A DNA stretch of 64,000 nt from a virus (lineage: Duplodnaviria; Caudoviricetes), in the IMG/VR virus record IMGVR_UViG_3300028591_005215, positions 96,001 through 160,000 of that record, one strand, 5' to 3'. Positions 29,179 to 38,433 of the stretch are shown in pieces. Position numbers and translations under genes: made by a program. Under the pieces are notes generated by a model. The model was given only the letters and a program-made list of their open reading frames with translations. It was not told the DNA's origin and did not search any database. Numbering within the stretch: the stretch's first letter is position 1; every line of letters begins with the position of its first letter.

Positions 29179-30198
29179 TTATTTATTCCGACCAAGTAAA
29201 TATTCTGGTAAACATTTTTTGCAAATACATTTTCCATAAGTATATTTCGTTACATCAGCATCATACACATTCATTTCATCACCACAAATTTCACACTTGG
29301 CAACTCTTGTCACCCCACCTGTTATATCAACTGAAACGTTTTTACGTTCTTTATTCTGATATTTTTTTTCCATAGATTCATCAAAAAATTTGTTTCTCAA
29401 ATTATTGATTGTATATCCTTCCCAATTGAATGTTAGCCTAATTTCAGCATTGCTTTCTTCGCATTTAGTCAAAAAAGGTTTATAAAATCCGTATACTATC
29501 AAGTCAGGTTCATCGTTAGTTGCCTTGTATGTCGTGAAATTTAATGTTATCATAGAAGACGCTAATTCATTATGCCTATAAACTGATTCAACAATTTTTC
29601 TATCAGAAAACAATTTTGTGTTTTCGTAAATTGTAATAAGTTTTTTTAATTCATTGATGAATGGTGCTGATTTTTTATTATACCCATCAGGAATATTACT
29701 AAAGTGTAAAGTAGTAAATATTTCATTAGTTTCTTTGTTTATATCCACGTCAATTTGTGTTGCAAATTGTTCTAATTTAAAAATAACAAGAGGGTTATTG
29801 TATGCTATCTGTAATGTATAATTTTCCACACCATAAGACCCAATTCTTTTCAGTTCTTCCAACACATCAGATGTGATTAATTTGCATTCCTGTGAAAACT
29901 TAATATGATTGGTTCTCTTATTTTCTTCTTTTTTCAAAACCGTACCATTACCAACGTATTCATACTTTTTAGCTTCATCATCAACTTTATAGGTTCTATA
30001 ACGTAATTCTTTTACTGATTGTGTTAATTCACCTTTTAGTAAATGTTTTGCAACCCTTTCATCAGAAACTTCTTTTTCAATTTCCTGCCCATCACCGTTA
30101 CTTGAATTTGAAGTCATTATTTCTTCGTTGGCAGCTTTCATACCAAAAGGTAATGCGTAAAAAAGCTTATACGCAATATCTTTTATTTTATTCATCAT
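29179..30198 (-). CDS. Hypothetical protein with a C-terminal Zn finger
   Basis: CEICG...CICKKC at the C-terminus. Confidence 0.7.
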   Translation of the reverse strand: MMNKIKDIAYKLFYALPFGMKAANEEIMTSNSSNGDGQEIEKEVSDERVAKHLLKGELTQSVKELRYRTYKVDDEAKKYEYVGNGTVLKKEENKRTNHIKFSQECKLITSDVLEELKRIGSYGVENYTLQIAYNNPLVIFKLEQFATQIDVDINKETNEIFTTLHFSNIPDGYNKKSAPFINELKKLITIYENTKLFSDRKIVESVYRHNELASSMITLNFTTYKATNDEPDLIVYGFYKPFLTKCEESNAEIRLTFNWEGYTINNLRNKFFDESMEKKYQNKERKNVSVDITGGVTRVAKCEICGDEMNVYDADVTKYTYGKCICKKCLPEYLLGRNK

Positions 30199-30436
30199 AT
30201 ATTTCAAAAAGTTTTTCTTTAATTATGTTTCTTAACACGTTAAGTAATGAAACGAATTTACCTCTTTCGTTATACAAATGCTGTGTATCGATATCCATTC
30301 TTTGAAATTGTGGGTCAGCACTCATTGTTGCATAATTTGTTAAATCCTTAGCATAGCTTTCGCACATAGCTTCAGTTGCAGACATCAATTCAATTAATTC
30401 AGTTAATGTCTTTTTTCTTAATTTTTCTACATTCAT
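30188..30436 (-). CDS. Small hypothetical protein
   Basis: MNVEKLRKK start; stop overlaps the next gene's start. Confidence 0.65.
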   Translation of the reverse strand: MNVEKLRKKTLTELIELMSATEAMCESYAKDLTNYATMSADPQFQRMDIDTQHLYNERGKFVSLLNVLRNIIKEKLFEIYDE

Positions 30437-30477
30437 AATTCTTTTTATTTTATTTAATGTTAACAAAATCTATGCCA

Positions 30478-31167
30478 TTATTTTTTCATTTTAATTGGCA
30501 ACTTATCTTTATATTTTTTAATTATAATATCCCTGTTTGCATACCATTCATCTTTTAACTCGCCAACTGAATTATGCGCAAGTCTAATATTAGTAGTTAC
30601 ACCTATTTTTGTTTTTCCGTCAATATAGTTAGCTAAGCAAAAATCAATATCATAAAAGTTGAATCCAGATATATCAGCATCAAAATTTTTACTTATTCTT
30701 TTTTTATGTATTGCCATGAAAAGACCATCAATTACACATACTTCTTCTAAGTCATTTTTAATTAATGGCGAAAATGCCGTTAGCCAAGATTTTCCATTAT
30801 TCCTATGCAATACTTGGCCATATTTTTTTTCATACTGCCACCAAGCGCCATTTTCATCAAATTCGGCAGACCCTGCTACACCAATTATTCCATAATCTTC
30901 ATGTTCATTGAATAATCTTAATATTTCTTTGCCCCATCCTTCTTTTAAAAATTCAACATCATCATGAACAAAAACTATAATATTGCTTTCAACTTTTTCA
31001 GACTTAACCATATCTTCATAAATTTGTGTTAGCCCAACCCCATCAGGATTAATCAGAAAAAATATATGTGAATTACATCCACAAGTGTTTTTCATGTGTT
31101 GTATAAAATCTTTTTTGTCATCGCTTGTTTCTCTTGAACAAACAACTACTGAAATACTGTCTTCCAT
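30478..31167 (-). CDS. Glycosyltransferase-like, GT-A fold
   Basis: ISVVVCS, VFVHDDVEF, GIIGVAG, IDGLFMA, FYDIDFCL. Confidence 0.85.
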   Translation of the reverse strand: MEDSISVVVCSRETSDDKKDFIQHMKNTCGCNSHIFFLINPDGVGLTQIYEDMVKSEKVESNIIVFVHDDVEFLKEGWGKEILRLFNEHEDYGIIGVAGSAEFDENGAWWQYEKKYGQVLHRNNGKSWLTAFSPLIKNDLEEVCVIDGLFMAIHKKRISKNFDADISGFNFYDIDFCLANYIDGKTKIGVTTNIRLAHNSVGELKDEWYANRDIIIKKYKDKLPIKMKK

Positions 31168-31199
31168 TTTTTTTAATTTGTATAAAAAATAAAAAAAAA

Positions 31200-31237
31200 T
31201 ACAGGTAAATCAATAATGATAAACCTGTATTTTTTTT
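31200..31237. terminator. Terminator-like hairpin
   Basis: TACAGGT...ACCTGTA stem flanked by A and T runs. Confidence 0.55.
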
Positions 31238-31245
31238 ATAACTAC

Positions 31246-32325
31246 TTACTTATTAATAGATTCGTAAGAAGCCTTAGATATGACAATTGTTTCTGAATTT
31301 TTTAAATCATCCAACGTCCTTGAATTAGTATATGACATTGCTGAACGTAAATAATCAGAAAGATTTTCAGTCCATTGTGGTAAATTATATTTTATTTTAA
31401 TAAATTTAGAAATACCTTCAGATGTGTGTGTTTTTTCACCATTTAAATCAATTTGACCTTCTTTTGAAGCCATCCCATAAAACTTTTTATATAACCTACC
31501 TTTTAGTTCTTTGTTACCTGCTAAATAACTGTCGATTTCGTTTTGATTAGCTCTATGATAATTGTTAGGGCTATCTTCTACCCATACCTCAGCAGAGCTC
31601 TCAACACAAGAAGAAAAAAGCCCACCAATCATAGCATAATCAGCGCCTAAAGCAATTGCCTTAATAATATCAGAATAATTTCTAATGCCACCATCTGCTA
31701 TTATTTTTGGCAAATTTCTTCTTGGACTTGTTCGATTAATCTCGTCTTTAACTTTTACAATATCATCAATTAAAGAAGCAACTGGGTAATGTATTGCAGT
31801 ATTTGAACTTGTTATACAACCCGCACCAGTTCCAATATTAATCCTAACGTAATCAGCACCTGCTTCAGCTAAAACTTTATAAGTTAATGGATTCGCTATA
31901 TTACCTACCATTATCTCAGTTTTTGTATTAGCATATAATGTTTTAAATGATTTAACCAAATCAATCATTTTATGCATATGACCGTTAGCAATATCAATTA
32001 GAATTTTAATATTGTTTGATTTTTGATGCTTATTGATGAATAAAGATTCAAATTCATTTAAACCAAATGCAGACCATTTTCCATTTAAAGAGTATTCAAC
32101 TCTTGTATTAACATTTACTGTTCTTGGTAGTATTGCGTTAATTTTATTACGTTCAAATAATTCAAAATTGTTTTCGTCAACAACACTACTCATAGGTGCA
32201 GTAAATAATGGCAACATTCCATTGTAAAATGGACAACATTCATTTCTATGTTTTATGTCACTAACAATTGATGGCACAATTGCTATGTCATTATAGCAAT
32301 ATTTAATTTCTTTATTTATCGCCAT
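31246..32325 (-). CDS. GMP reductase / IMP dehydrogenase family protein (no CBS domains)
   Basis: TAPM, IDIANGH, VGNIA, IGTGAGCIT (catalytic Cys loop), IIADGGI, FYGMAS, SEG, LRSAMSY. Confidence 0.9.
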   Translation of the reverse strand: MAINKEIKYCYNDIAIVPSIVSDIKHRNECCPFYNGMLPLFTAPMSSVVDENNFELFERNKINAILPRTVNVNTRVEYSLNGKWSAFGLNEFESLFINKHQKSNNIKILIDIANGHMHKMIDLVKSFKTLYANTKTEIMVGNIANPLTYKVLAEAGADYVRINIGTGAGCITSSNTAIHYPVASLIDDIVKVKDEINRTSPRRNLPKIIADGGIRNYSDIIKAIALGADYAMIGGLFSSCVESSAEVWVEDSPNNYHRANQNEIDSYLAGNKELKGRLYKKFYGMASKEGQIDLNGEKTHTSEGISKFIKIKYNLPQWTENLSDYLRSAMSYTNSRTLDDLKNSETIVISKASYESINK

Positions 32326-32827
32326 ATATTTTTCTATTTCGTTTTACAACCCAATTAATATTAGCAGGTTTACCGTTTACTGTTTTAATATTAAAAACAT
32401 TACAATCAATTCGCATACCACCTTCTGTTAAGCCAGATACAATTACACAACTAATAATTCTATCAATTTTAATATTGATATTACTACCAGTAAAAGTACT
32501 TAGCGAAATATTATCCCCAATTTTTAATGTTCGCTCATTAAGTAAAATATTGTTGTCTATAAAATATCGCCACTTTCTCATTATTTGTTTACATCGTGGG
32601 TATTGTACATAAAAATATGTACCACCATAAGGAAACCCTAATAAACCAGGTATTACATTTCTAAGGCCACAATATTTTACTTTGGCAATAAAAAATTCAT
32701 CAAATGAAGTAGGGAGTTTTATTAATGATTTTGAATTTTTATTTAAAGTATCATTTACTGATACTACTATTGAATTGTAGATTTTTTCTTTCTTGCAAAA
32801 TCTTAAGAATATTTGTTTTAATGTCAT
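32312..32827 (-). CDS. Hypothetical protein
   Basis: 171-aa ORF overlapping the next gene's start. Confidence 0.65.
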   Translation of the reverse strand: MTLKQIFLRFCKKEKIYNSIVVSVNDTLNKNSKSLIKLPTSFDEFFIAKVKYCGLRNVIPGLLGFPYGGTYFYVQYPRCKQIMRKWRYFIDNNILLNERTLKIGDNISLSTFTGSNINIKIDRIISCVIVSGLTEGGMRIDCNVFNIKTVNGKPANINWVVKRNRKIYGDK

Positions 32828-32836
32828 AATATTTAA

Positions 32837-33466
32837 TTATTCTCCCGTAGAACCATGTCCACCTTCTCCACGGGAAGTTTCACTTAATTCTTTAACAATC
32901 TCAAAATTAACATCAGGATAAGGCAAAACAACCATTTGGCCTATTCTTTTACCAACCTCATATGGTGCAAATTCAAGATTACGTGTCATTTCAATGATAC
33001 GTTCTTTAGCCTTTTCAGCTTCATTATTTGCCTTTTTAAGTACTTTATTAAATCTTAGAACATTGAAAGGGTTAGTTAACTGTTTGGCGATTGATTTCAT
33101 AAAAGCCTTATTAGCAACTGTTTCAGCTCTTTGGTATGTTGATGTTCTTGATTTAAAGCACCACAAGATTTCACCACGATATAATGTAGAATCTACAATT
33201 CCAACTGAATTAGTTAAATAACAATCTGTTTTTCTGTTTGAAGACCTTGGAAACATAAAAACGCCAAAACCTTTGTCAGTTTCAAATGTAATACCTGTAT
33301 GATAGATATAGCAATCCATTTTTTCATCCCATTCTACTGAAATTGCTGTTATATCCATACCAACATCACCTTCATTAACACCATCATCAGTTACATGCGC
33401 ATATGTTGGAATTACTGCCTTTTCATCAAGTTTTTTAATCTTAACGTTAATCGTTTTTCTACTCAT
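32837..33466 (-). CDS. dut: Trimeric dUTPase with an extra insertion
   Basis: GMDI (I), PRSS (II), GIVDSTLYRGEI (III), RIGQMVV (IV), RGEGGHGSTG (V). Confidence 0.92.
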   Translation of the reverse strand: MSRKTINVKIKKLDEKAVIPTYAHVTDDGVNEGDVGMDITAISVEWDEKMDCYIYHTGITFETDKGFGVFMFPRSSNRKTDCYLTNSVGIVDSTLYRGEILWCFKSRTSTYQRAETVANKAFMKSIAKQLTNPFNVLRFNKVLKKANNEAEKAKERIIEMTRNLEFAPYEVGKRIGQMVVLPYPDVNFEIVKELSETSRGEGGHGSTGE

Positions 33467-33475
33467 ATAATGTTT

Positions 33476-34048
33476 TTATCGTTTTTTATTAATTGCCTGT
33501 AAATATGTCATTTCGTTTGCTTGCCTTACAATTGATGCAAGTTGACTTGCATGCCAACGTGCTTGGTCATCACTTAAATCCCTATCATTAATTGTCATAG
33601 CTTCAGCTTCTTCAGGTGTGAATTTAATTCCAAATGATTGAGCTAACACTAAAGAATGCAAACCTGTTCTGATTGAAGGTTGTGTTGAATCATATTTATA
33701 AATCAAACCACGTTTCTCAATCTCATAAGGATTATCATTAGGGATAAGTCTTACCGCCTTTGCAATTTGGTGTAGTAAACAAACTTTAACTAATGTTTCC
33801 TGATTAACTCTTGCGTCTTCAGCAAATAAACCGTTAAGTTTGACTGCAAAAATTGTAAGTACTTTAAGAATAACTTCTATTAATGTACCATCGCCACAAA
33901 GTCCGTCACCTTTTTCGTTTGAAATTGAAAAACTTGCGTTTTTAAGTTTTTCACCAATTGTTTCAACTAATTGGTCAGTTTCAATACCTAATTGATTTAG
34001 TTTCTTGATAAATAAATCAAAATTGTGTTGTTTAAGTTCTTCTGTCAT
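33476..34048 (-). CDS. HD-fold-like protein with HQ in place of HD
   Basis: VCLLHQIAK in the LLHDxGK position; SL...FGIKFTPEEAEAM...LASIVRQAN follows the phage HD pattern. Start MTEEL. Confidence 0.55.
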   Translation of the reverse strand: MTEELKQHNFDLFIKKLNQLGIETDQLVETIGEKLKNASFSISNEKGDGLCGDGTLIEVILKVLTIFAVKLNGLFAEDARVNQETLVKVCLLHQIAKAVRLIPNDNPYEIEKRGLIYKYDSTQPSIRTGLHSLVLAQSFGIKFTPEEAEAMTINDRDLSDDQARWHASQLASIVRQANEMTYLQAINKKR

Positions 34049-34092
34049 ATCTTTTAACTTAAAATTGAATAATATTTTTTCCAAATACAATG

Positions 34093-34124
34093 CAAATATA
34101 CATAAAATTATTGGTAAAAGCAAA
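34093..34124 (-). promoter_or_regulatory. Bacteroidota-type promoter for the HD-dut-GMPR block
   Basis: Minus strand TTTG (34124-34121), 20-nt spacer, TATATTTG (34100-34093). Confidence 0.65.
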
Positions 34125-34146
34125 TAAATGTTAAATAGATTTTTCT

Positions 34147-34305
34147 TTCTTTATATATTTCTTTCTTTATATAATATTATTTATATAATAATAAAAAAAT
34201 AAAATAATATTATATTATATATTACATGATATTTAATAAAATATTTACATGATATATTACATGATATTTAATAAAATATTTAAAAAAGAAGAAATATATA
34301 AAGAA
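34147..34305. repeat. AT-rich inverted plus direct repeat array (candidate replication origin)
   Basis: Perfect 17-bp inverted repeat (34147-34163 / 34289-34305) enclosing a 31-bp direct repeat (34217-34247, 34252-34282). Confidence 0.8.
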
Positions 34306-34676
34306 GAAATGAATTGCTGTGCAGGTATGCAAACAGCAAAACAGTTGAAATTTAAATGTAATTAAAGAAAAAATAATAAAAAATAATGTTACTTCCAATT
34401 TAATGAAATTATACTATAGATTCTGTTAACGTTCAAGAATACAAATTATTCAAAAAATAATTAAATTCATGTAAAGAGATTTGCGCCACATAGCTTAATG
34501 AACTATTAATAGAATACTTTCTAGTCTTAATTAAAAGATAAGTTCAAGTTATAAAAAAGAAATGTGAAATTACAAAGATAATTTAAAAGGAAATCTTTCA
34601 TGATTTCCTTTTTTTGTTACTTCATCTATTGATTTATTCAATTTATTTCTTATTTTTTAAATAAATGTTACATTAG

Positions 34677-35909
34677 ATGGATAAAAAGATAAAAATGTTG
34701 GTTATTCCCAGTGACACTACGGGCGTTGGCAGGTTCCGTTCGGTAAGCCCTCATACTTATATTGCAGAACACTATAAAGACGAGTTTGATATAGATATTA
34801 TGTACATTAACGATATACCTGTAGGTGATTTGGAAAATTTTTTCAAACAATACGACTTGATTCATATTCATAAGCAACTTGACAAGGGGTTGGAACTTAT
34901 GAATTTAATTAAATTTTTAGGCATCCCTGTAATTGTTGATGTTGATGACCATTATTATCTTGGTAATGACCACCCTATGAGTCTTTCAGCAAAAAAAGAA
35001 AAGTGGCATGAACCAATTATTAAACATTTGGAAGCTGCTGATTATGTATCTACAACAACACCAATTTTCGCAAAAGAACTGAAAAAACATAATAAAAATG
35101 TTTTAGTATTTCCTAATGCAATTGACCCTACTGAAAAACAGTATAGCCCTGAAAAGAATAAATCTGACTTATTGAGAGTTGGTCTTATCTGTGGTTCATC
35201 ACATTTACACGATGTTGAACTTTTGAAAGGCGTTTCAGAAACTGCAAAACCTGGTTCTGGTGTTCAATTAGTTCTATGCGGTTTTGACACAAATGGTACA
35301 AGAACAATTTATCATAATGATACAGGGCAAGTTGAAAGAAGGCCTATTTTGCCACAAGAATCTGTGTGGTTTGAATATGAAAAGATTATCACAAATAATT
35401 ACAAATACATTTCACCTGAACATCGTGATTTCTTGTTGAAATTTATGAAGGGTGTTGATGACCCATTTGTAAATGAACCATATAGAAGAATGTGGACAAG
35501 AGACATTAACTCATACGCAACACACTACCAAAATGTAGACGTACTGTTAGCACCTTTGAAGGAAAATGAATTTAATAAAATGAAGTCACAGCTTAAAGAA
35601 ATTGAAGCTGGATTTACTAATACTGCATTAATTGCACAAAACTTTGGTGCTTACACATTGGACTTGACACCATTTAAGAAATTTGGTGGGGAAATTGATG
35701 AAAATGGAACTGCATTACTTGTAGATAGTAGAAAAAACCACAAAGATTGGAAAAAGAATATTGAATTTTTAGCGGCTAATCCTGAATATGTAAATAAATT
35801 GAAAAATAATTTGCATAATTTGGTTAAAGATAAGTATTCACTTGAAACTGTATGCAAGCAAAGAGTTGAAGCATATAGGAAGATAGTTCAAGAACACGAA
35901 GAGCTCTAA
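34677..35909 (+). CDS. Glycosyltransferase, GT-B fold (GT4-like)
   Basis: GVGRFRSVSP, IVDVDD, VFPNAID, DVLLAPL...FNKMKSQLKEIEAG. Confidence 0.88.
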   Translation: MDKKIKMLVIPSDTTGVGRFRSVSPHTYIAEHYKDEFDIDIMYINDIPVGDLENFFKQYDLIHIHKQLDKGLELMNLIKFLGIPVIVDVDDHYYLGNDHPMSLSAKKEKWHEPIIKHLEAADYVSTTTPIFAKELKKHNKNVLVFPNAIDPTEKQYSPEKNKSDLLRVGLICGSSHLHDVELLKGVSETAKPGSGVQLVLCGFDTNGTRTIYHNDTGQVERRPILPQESVWFEYEKIITNNYKYISPEHRDFLLKFMKGVDDPFVNEPYRRMWTRDINSYATHYQNVDVLLAPLKENEFNKMKSQLKEIEAGFTNTALIAQNFGAYTLDLTPFKKFGGEIDENGTALLVDSRKNHKDWKKNIEFLAANPEYVNKLKNNLHNLVKDKYSLETVCKQRVEAYRKIVQEHEEL

Positions 35910-36022
35910 TAGCTAAATAATTTTTTAAAACAAGAAGTTAATAATGAACAAAGCTAAACTTTGTTCATGTTTTAGCATACTGCATGATTTAAATATTTTA
36001 TTTAACTTTTTTAACAAAAATT

Positions 36023-36051
36023 AAGGGTGCAGTTTTTTACTACACCCTTTT
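36023..36051. terminator. Terminator between convergent genes
   Basis: AAGGGTGCAGT...ACTACACCCTTTT. Confidence 0.7.
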
Positions 36052-36055
36052 ATTT

Positions 36056-38029
36056 TCAATATTTATTATTTTTCTTTTCAAATTTATAGTTTCTAACTAT
36101 ATTACCATATTCAATAGGACAATTATAAAATTTAAACGACCTTAAATACCCTATAAATGTGCCTGCAAAATTCTTCTCTAATGGGTAAACTTTAGTTGGG
36201 TTAATCATATAATTAGGTAAAATTGTTTCAGCCAACCCCTGTGTTCCACCTCCTAAAGAAATGTTATAAGGAACGCCTTCTTGTTTTTCGTAAGGCTCAT
36301 TTAATTCCCTAAGATTTATTTTTGGCAATGATTTTGTGATATACACTAATTTACCATCAACATAGAAATACATTTTCATTGTGTTTGACGAAGGGATTAC
36401 CTTAACGTGTATTGTCTGCCATTCACAATCTTTTATAACATTAGGGAAAGAATAACCTTCCTCTATGGATGTTTTATCATCACCACTTATTGTACAATCT
36501 ACAGTTAATAATCTATAGCCTATTTTGCCATCATCAGTTATTCTAAATGCAAGTGCATTGTTATATATATCATCATACAATTCTGACATATTGTACTCTG
36601 AATTAGCTGATTCACGTATATTTTCAATGCTATCTACTGTGTACCCTGTACAAGTTCTATTCATCAAGATAAAAAGATTTCCTTTAAATCTATTTTTTCT
36701 GCCATACATTTCAAATTGTGTACCTTCTACCCAATTATCTACTGTGTACCCTGTACAAGTTCTATTGAATGTTATAAATTTATTATCAGTTGTGAACAAT
36801 ATTTCTTGGTGAAGCATTCTTATGCTTAATTCATTATCAGTTTTATAGTCAAAATAAGTGATGTCCATTTCTGGCTCTATATAATCTCTACCATCATCTA
36901 ATCCGTCAAAATCTGATATTAAGCCATCTTCTCCGAAGAATTCTTCATTATTAACATTATCGCAATTATTTACATTGTTGGTGTTAAAAGTTTCTTTAAT
37001 GCACCCACAGCTTGAACATTGGCATCCTCTATAATATGCCCTTGATTTGGTAATATTTTTTGATTTTGAAGAATCACAACAATTGCAGCCTATAATATCG
37101 TGAGGTAGTTCTTCATTTATAACTTTAGGCTGTACAGAAAAATCAATAAAATCCTCAAGTCCAAAATATTCATCTTCACAATCTTTTTCATATAATTTTT
37201 CATCATAATAATTATAATTTAAAAAATTATCAAGATTAAATTCATCTATATATTCAGGATTTGGGTCATAGAAATTACCAATAATATAATCGTCTTTATC
37301 AATGTGTGCGTCTTCAACATAGTCATCTGGTGATAAAGCTTCGCATTCATCTTCTTTTTTATAAAGATAAGACCATTTATTTTCAGCCCTTGTCCCTATA
37401 TAGAAAAATATACCTTTATTTTCAGGATATTTATCATTTAAAGTTTTGTTGGATTCCTTTTCTAAGTCACATTTTTTTAATTGAAATTCAAATTCCCAAG
37501 GTGAATCTTCTGATAAATTAGATGGTAAGACTTGATATTTATCACATTGCGTTTTGAAAAAACCTTGGTAAAATCCACCATTTAGTTTAACTTGACATTT
37601 TTCCAAATGTAACGGATATTCATATTGTAATGTATTTCCACTTACAGCGTGTAATTTAAGCCTATTGTCATCCTCATCAATTCTCCATGGGTTATTTTGA
37701 TAAAGTTCCCAAAATTCTTTATTAGAAACTCTATCTTTTCTAAATTGGAATAACCCGTTATCTAAACCAGTGTAAGATATGTTGTACATTGTGTTGCCTA
37801 TAGACACACTATTTTCCCATGTGTAGTTATTTGTACTTAGAATCCAAGTATCACCGCTAACGCAATCATCATTACATATGTCAATATAAGCGCATAAGCA
37901 ATCATCATATAGCCCATTACTGAAATTATAATGAGAATATCTATCTTTATCAACAAAGAAATCCCAATATTCATCTTTGTCAATCATCAGTTTTAAATTG
38001 TGAAGGTTATTTTGCTTTAGATTAGACAT
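36056..38029 (-). CDS. Probable structural protein with a LamG/concanavalin-like domain and Cys-rich acidic insert
   Basis: WQTIHV...MYFYVDGKLV...ISLGGG...FIGYLRSFKFY; CNCC and CQCSSCGC clusters; NRTCTGYTVD twice. Confidence 0.55.
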   Translation of the reverse strand: MSNLKQNNLHNLKLMIDKDEYWDFFVDKDRYSHYNFSNGLYDDCLCAYIDICNDDCVSGDTWILSTNNYTWENSVSIGNTMYNISYTGLDNGLFQFRKDRVSNKEFWELYQNNPWRIDEDDNRLKLHAVSGNTLQYEYPLHLEKCQVKLNGGFYQGFFKTQCDKYQVLPSNLSEDSPWEFEFQLKKCDLEKESNKTLNDKYPENKGIFFYIGTRAENKWSYLYKKEDECEALSPDDYVEDAHIDKDDYIIGNFYDPNPEYIDEFNLDNFLNYNYYDEKLYEKDCEDEYFGLEDFIDFSVQPKVINEELPHDIIGCNCCDSSKSKNITKSRAYYRGCQCSSCGCIKETFNTNNVNNCDNVNNEEFFGEDGLISDFDGLDDGRDYIEPEMDITYFDYKTDNELSIRMLHQEILFTTDNKFITFNRTCTGYTVDNWVEGTQFEMYGRKNRFKGNLFILMNRTCTGYTVDSIENIRESANSEYNMSELYDDIYNNALAFRITDDGKIGYRLLTVDCTISGDDKTSIEEGYSFPNVIKDCEWQTIHVKVIPSSNTMKMYFYVDGKLVYITKSLPKINLRELNEPYEKQEGVPYNISLGGGTQGLAETILPNYMINPTKVYPLEKNFAGTFIGYLRSFKFYNCPIEYGNIVRNYKFEKKNNKY

Positions 38030-38174
38030 TATACTATCATTTTTAATATTTTAGTTTTTTTAACTTATTCAATTTAATTCGTGAAATTAGTCTTCAATAA
38101 TTTTATTAATTCCACTAATTATCACAGTCTATTTACTATTTAATAAATATTTATTTTATAATAAAAGGCATGGT

Positions 38175-38432
38175 ATGAAAGTAATTAAATTAACTGAATC
38201 ACAGTTCCGTAGACTATTGGAATCTGACGATAGTGCACCTTCTTTTGATGGTGGCGATGTAACTGAATACAATTCTGGGGAAAAGGTTACAAATTCAGCT
38301 TCAGTGCATGATACTGATGGAAATATTAAATTTGGTAAAGAGCCTGACACTGACGATGTCGCAAATCAATTATCTGCGCAACAATGGTACGCTAATGGAA
38401 CAACAAATAATAATCACGCATTAAATTATTAA
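38175..38432 (+). CDS. Small protein with an LTES leader (putative head cargo)
   Basis: MKVIKLTESQFRRLLES. Confidence 0.75.
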   Translation: MKVIKLTESQFRRLLESDDSAPSFDGGDVTEYNSGEKVTNSASVHDTDGNIKFGKEPDTDDVANQLSAQQWYANGTTNNNHALNY

Positions 38433-38433
38433 T

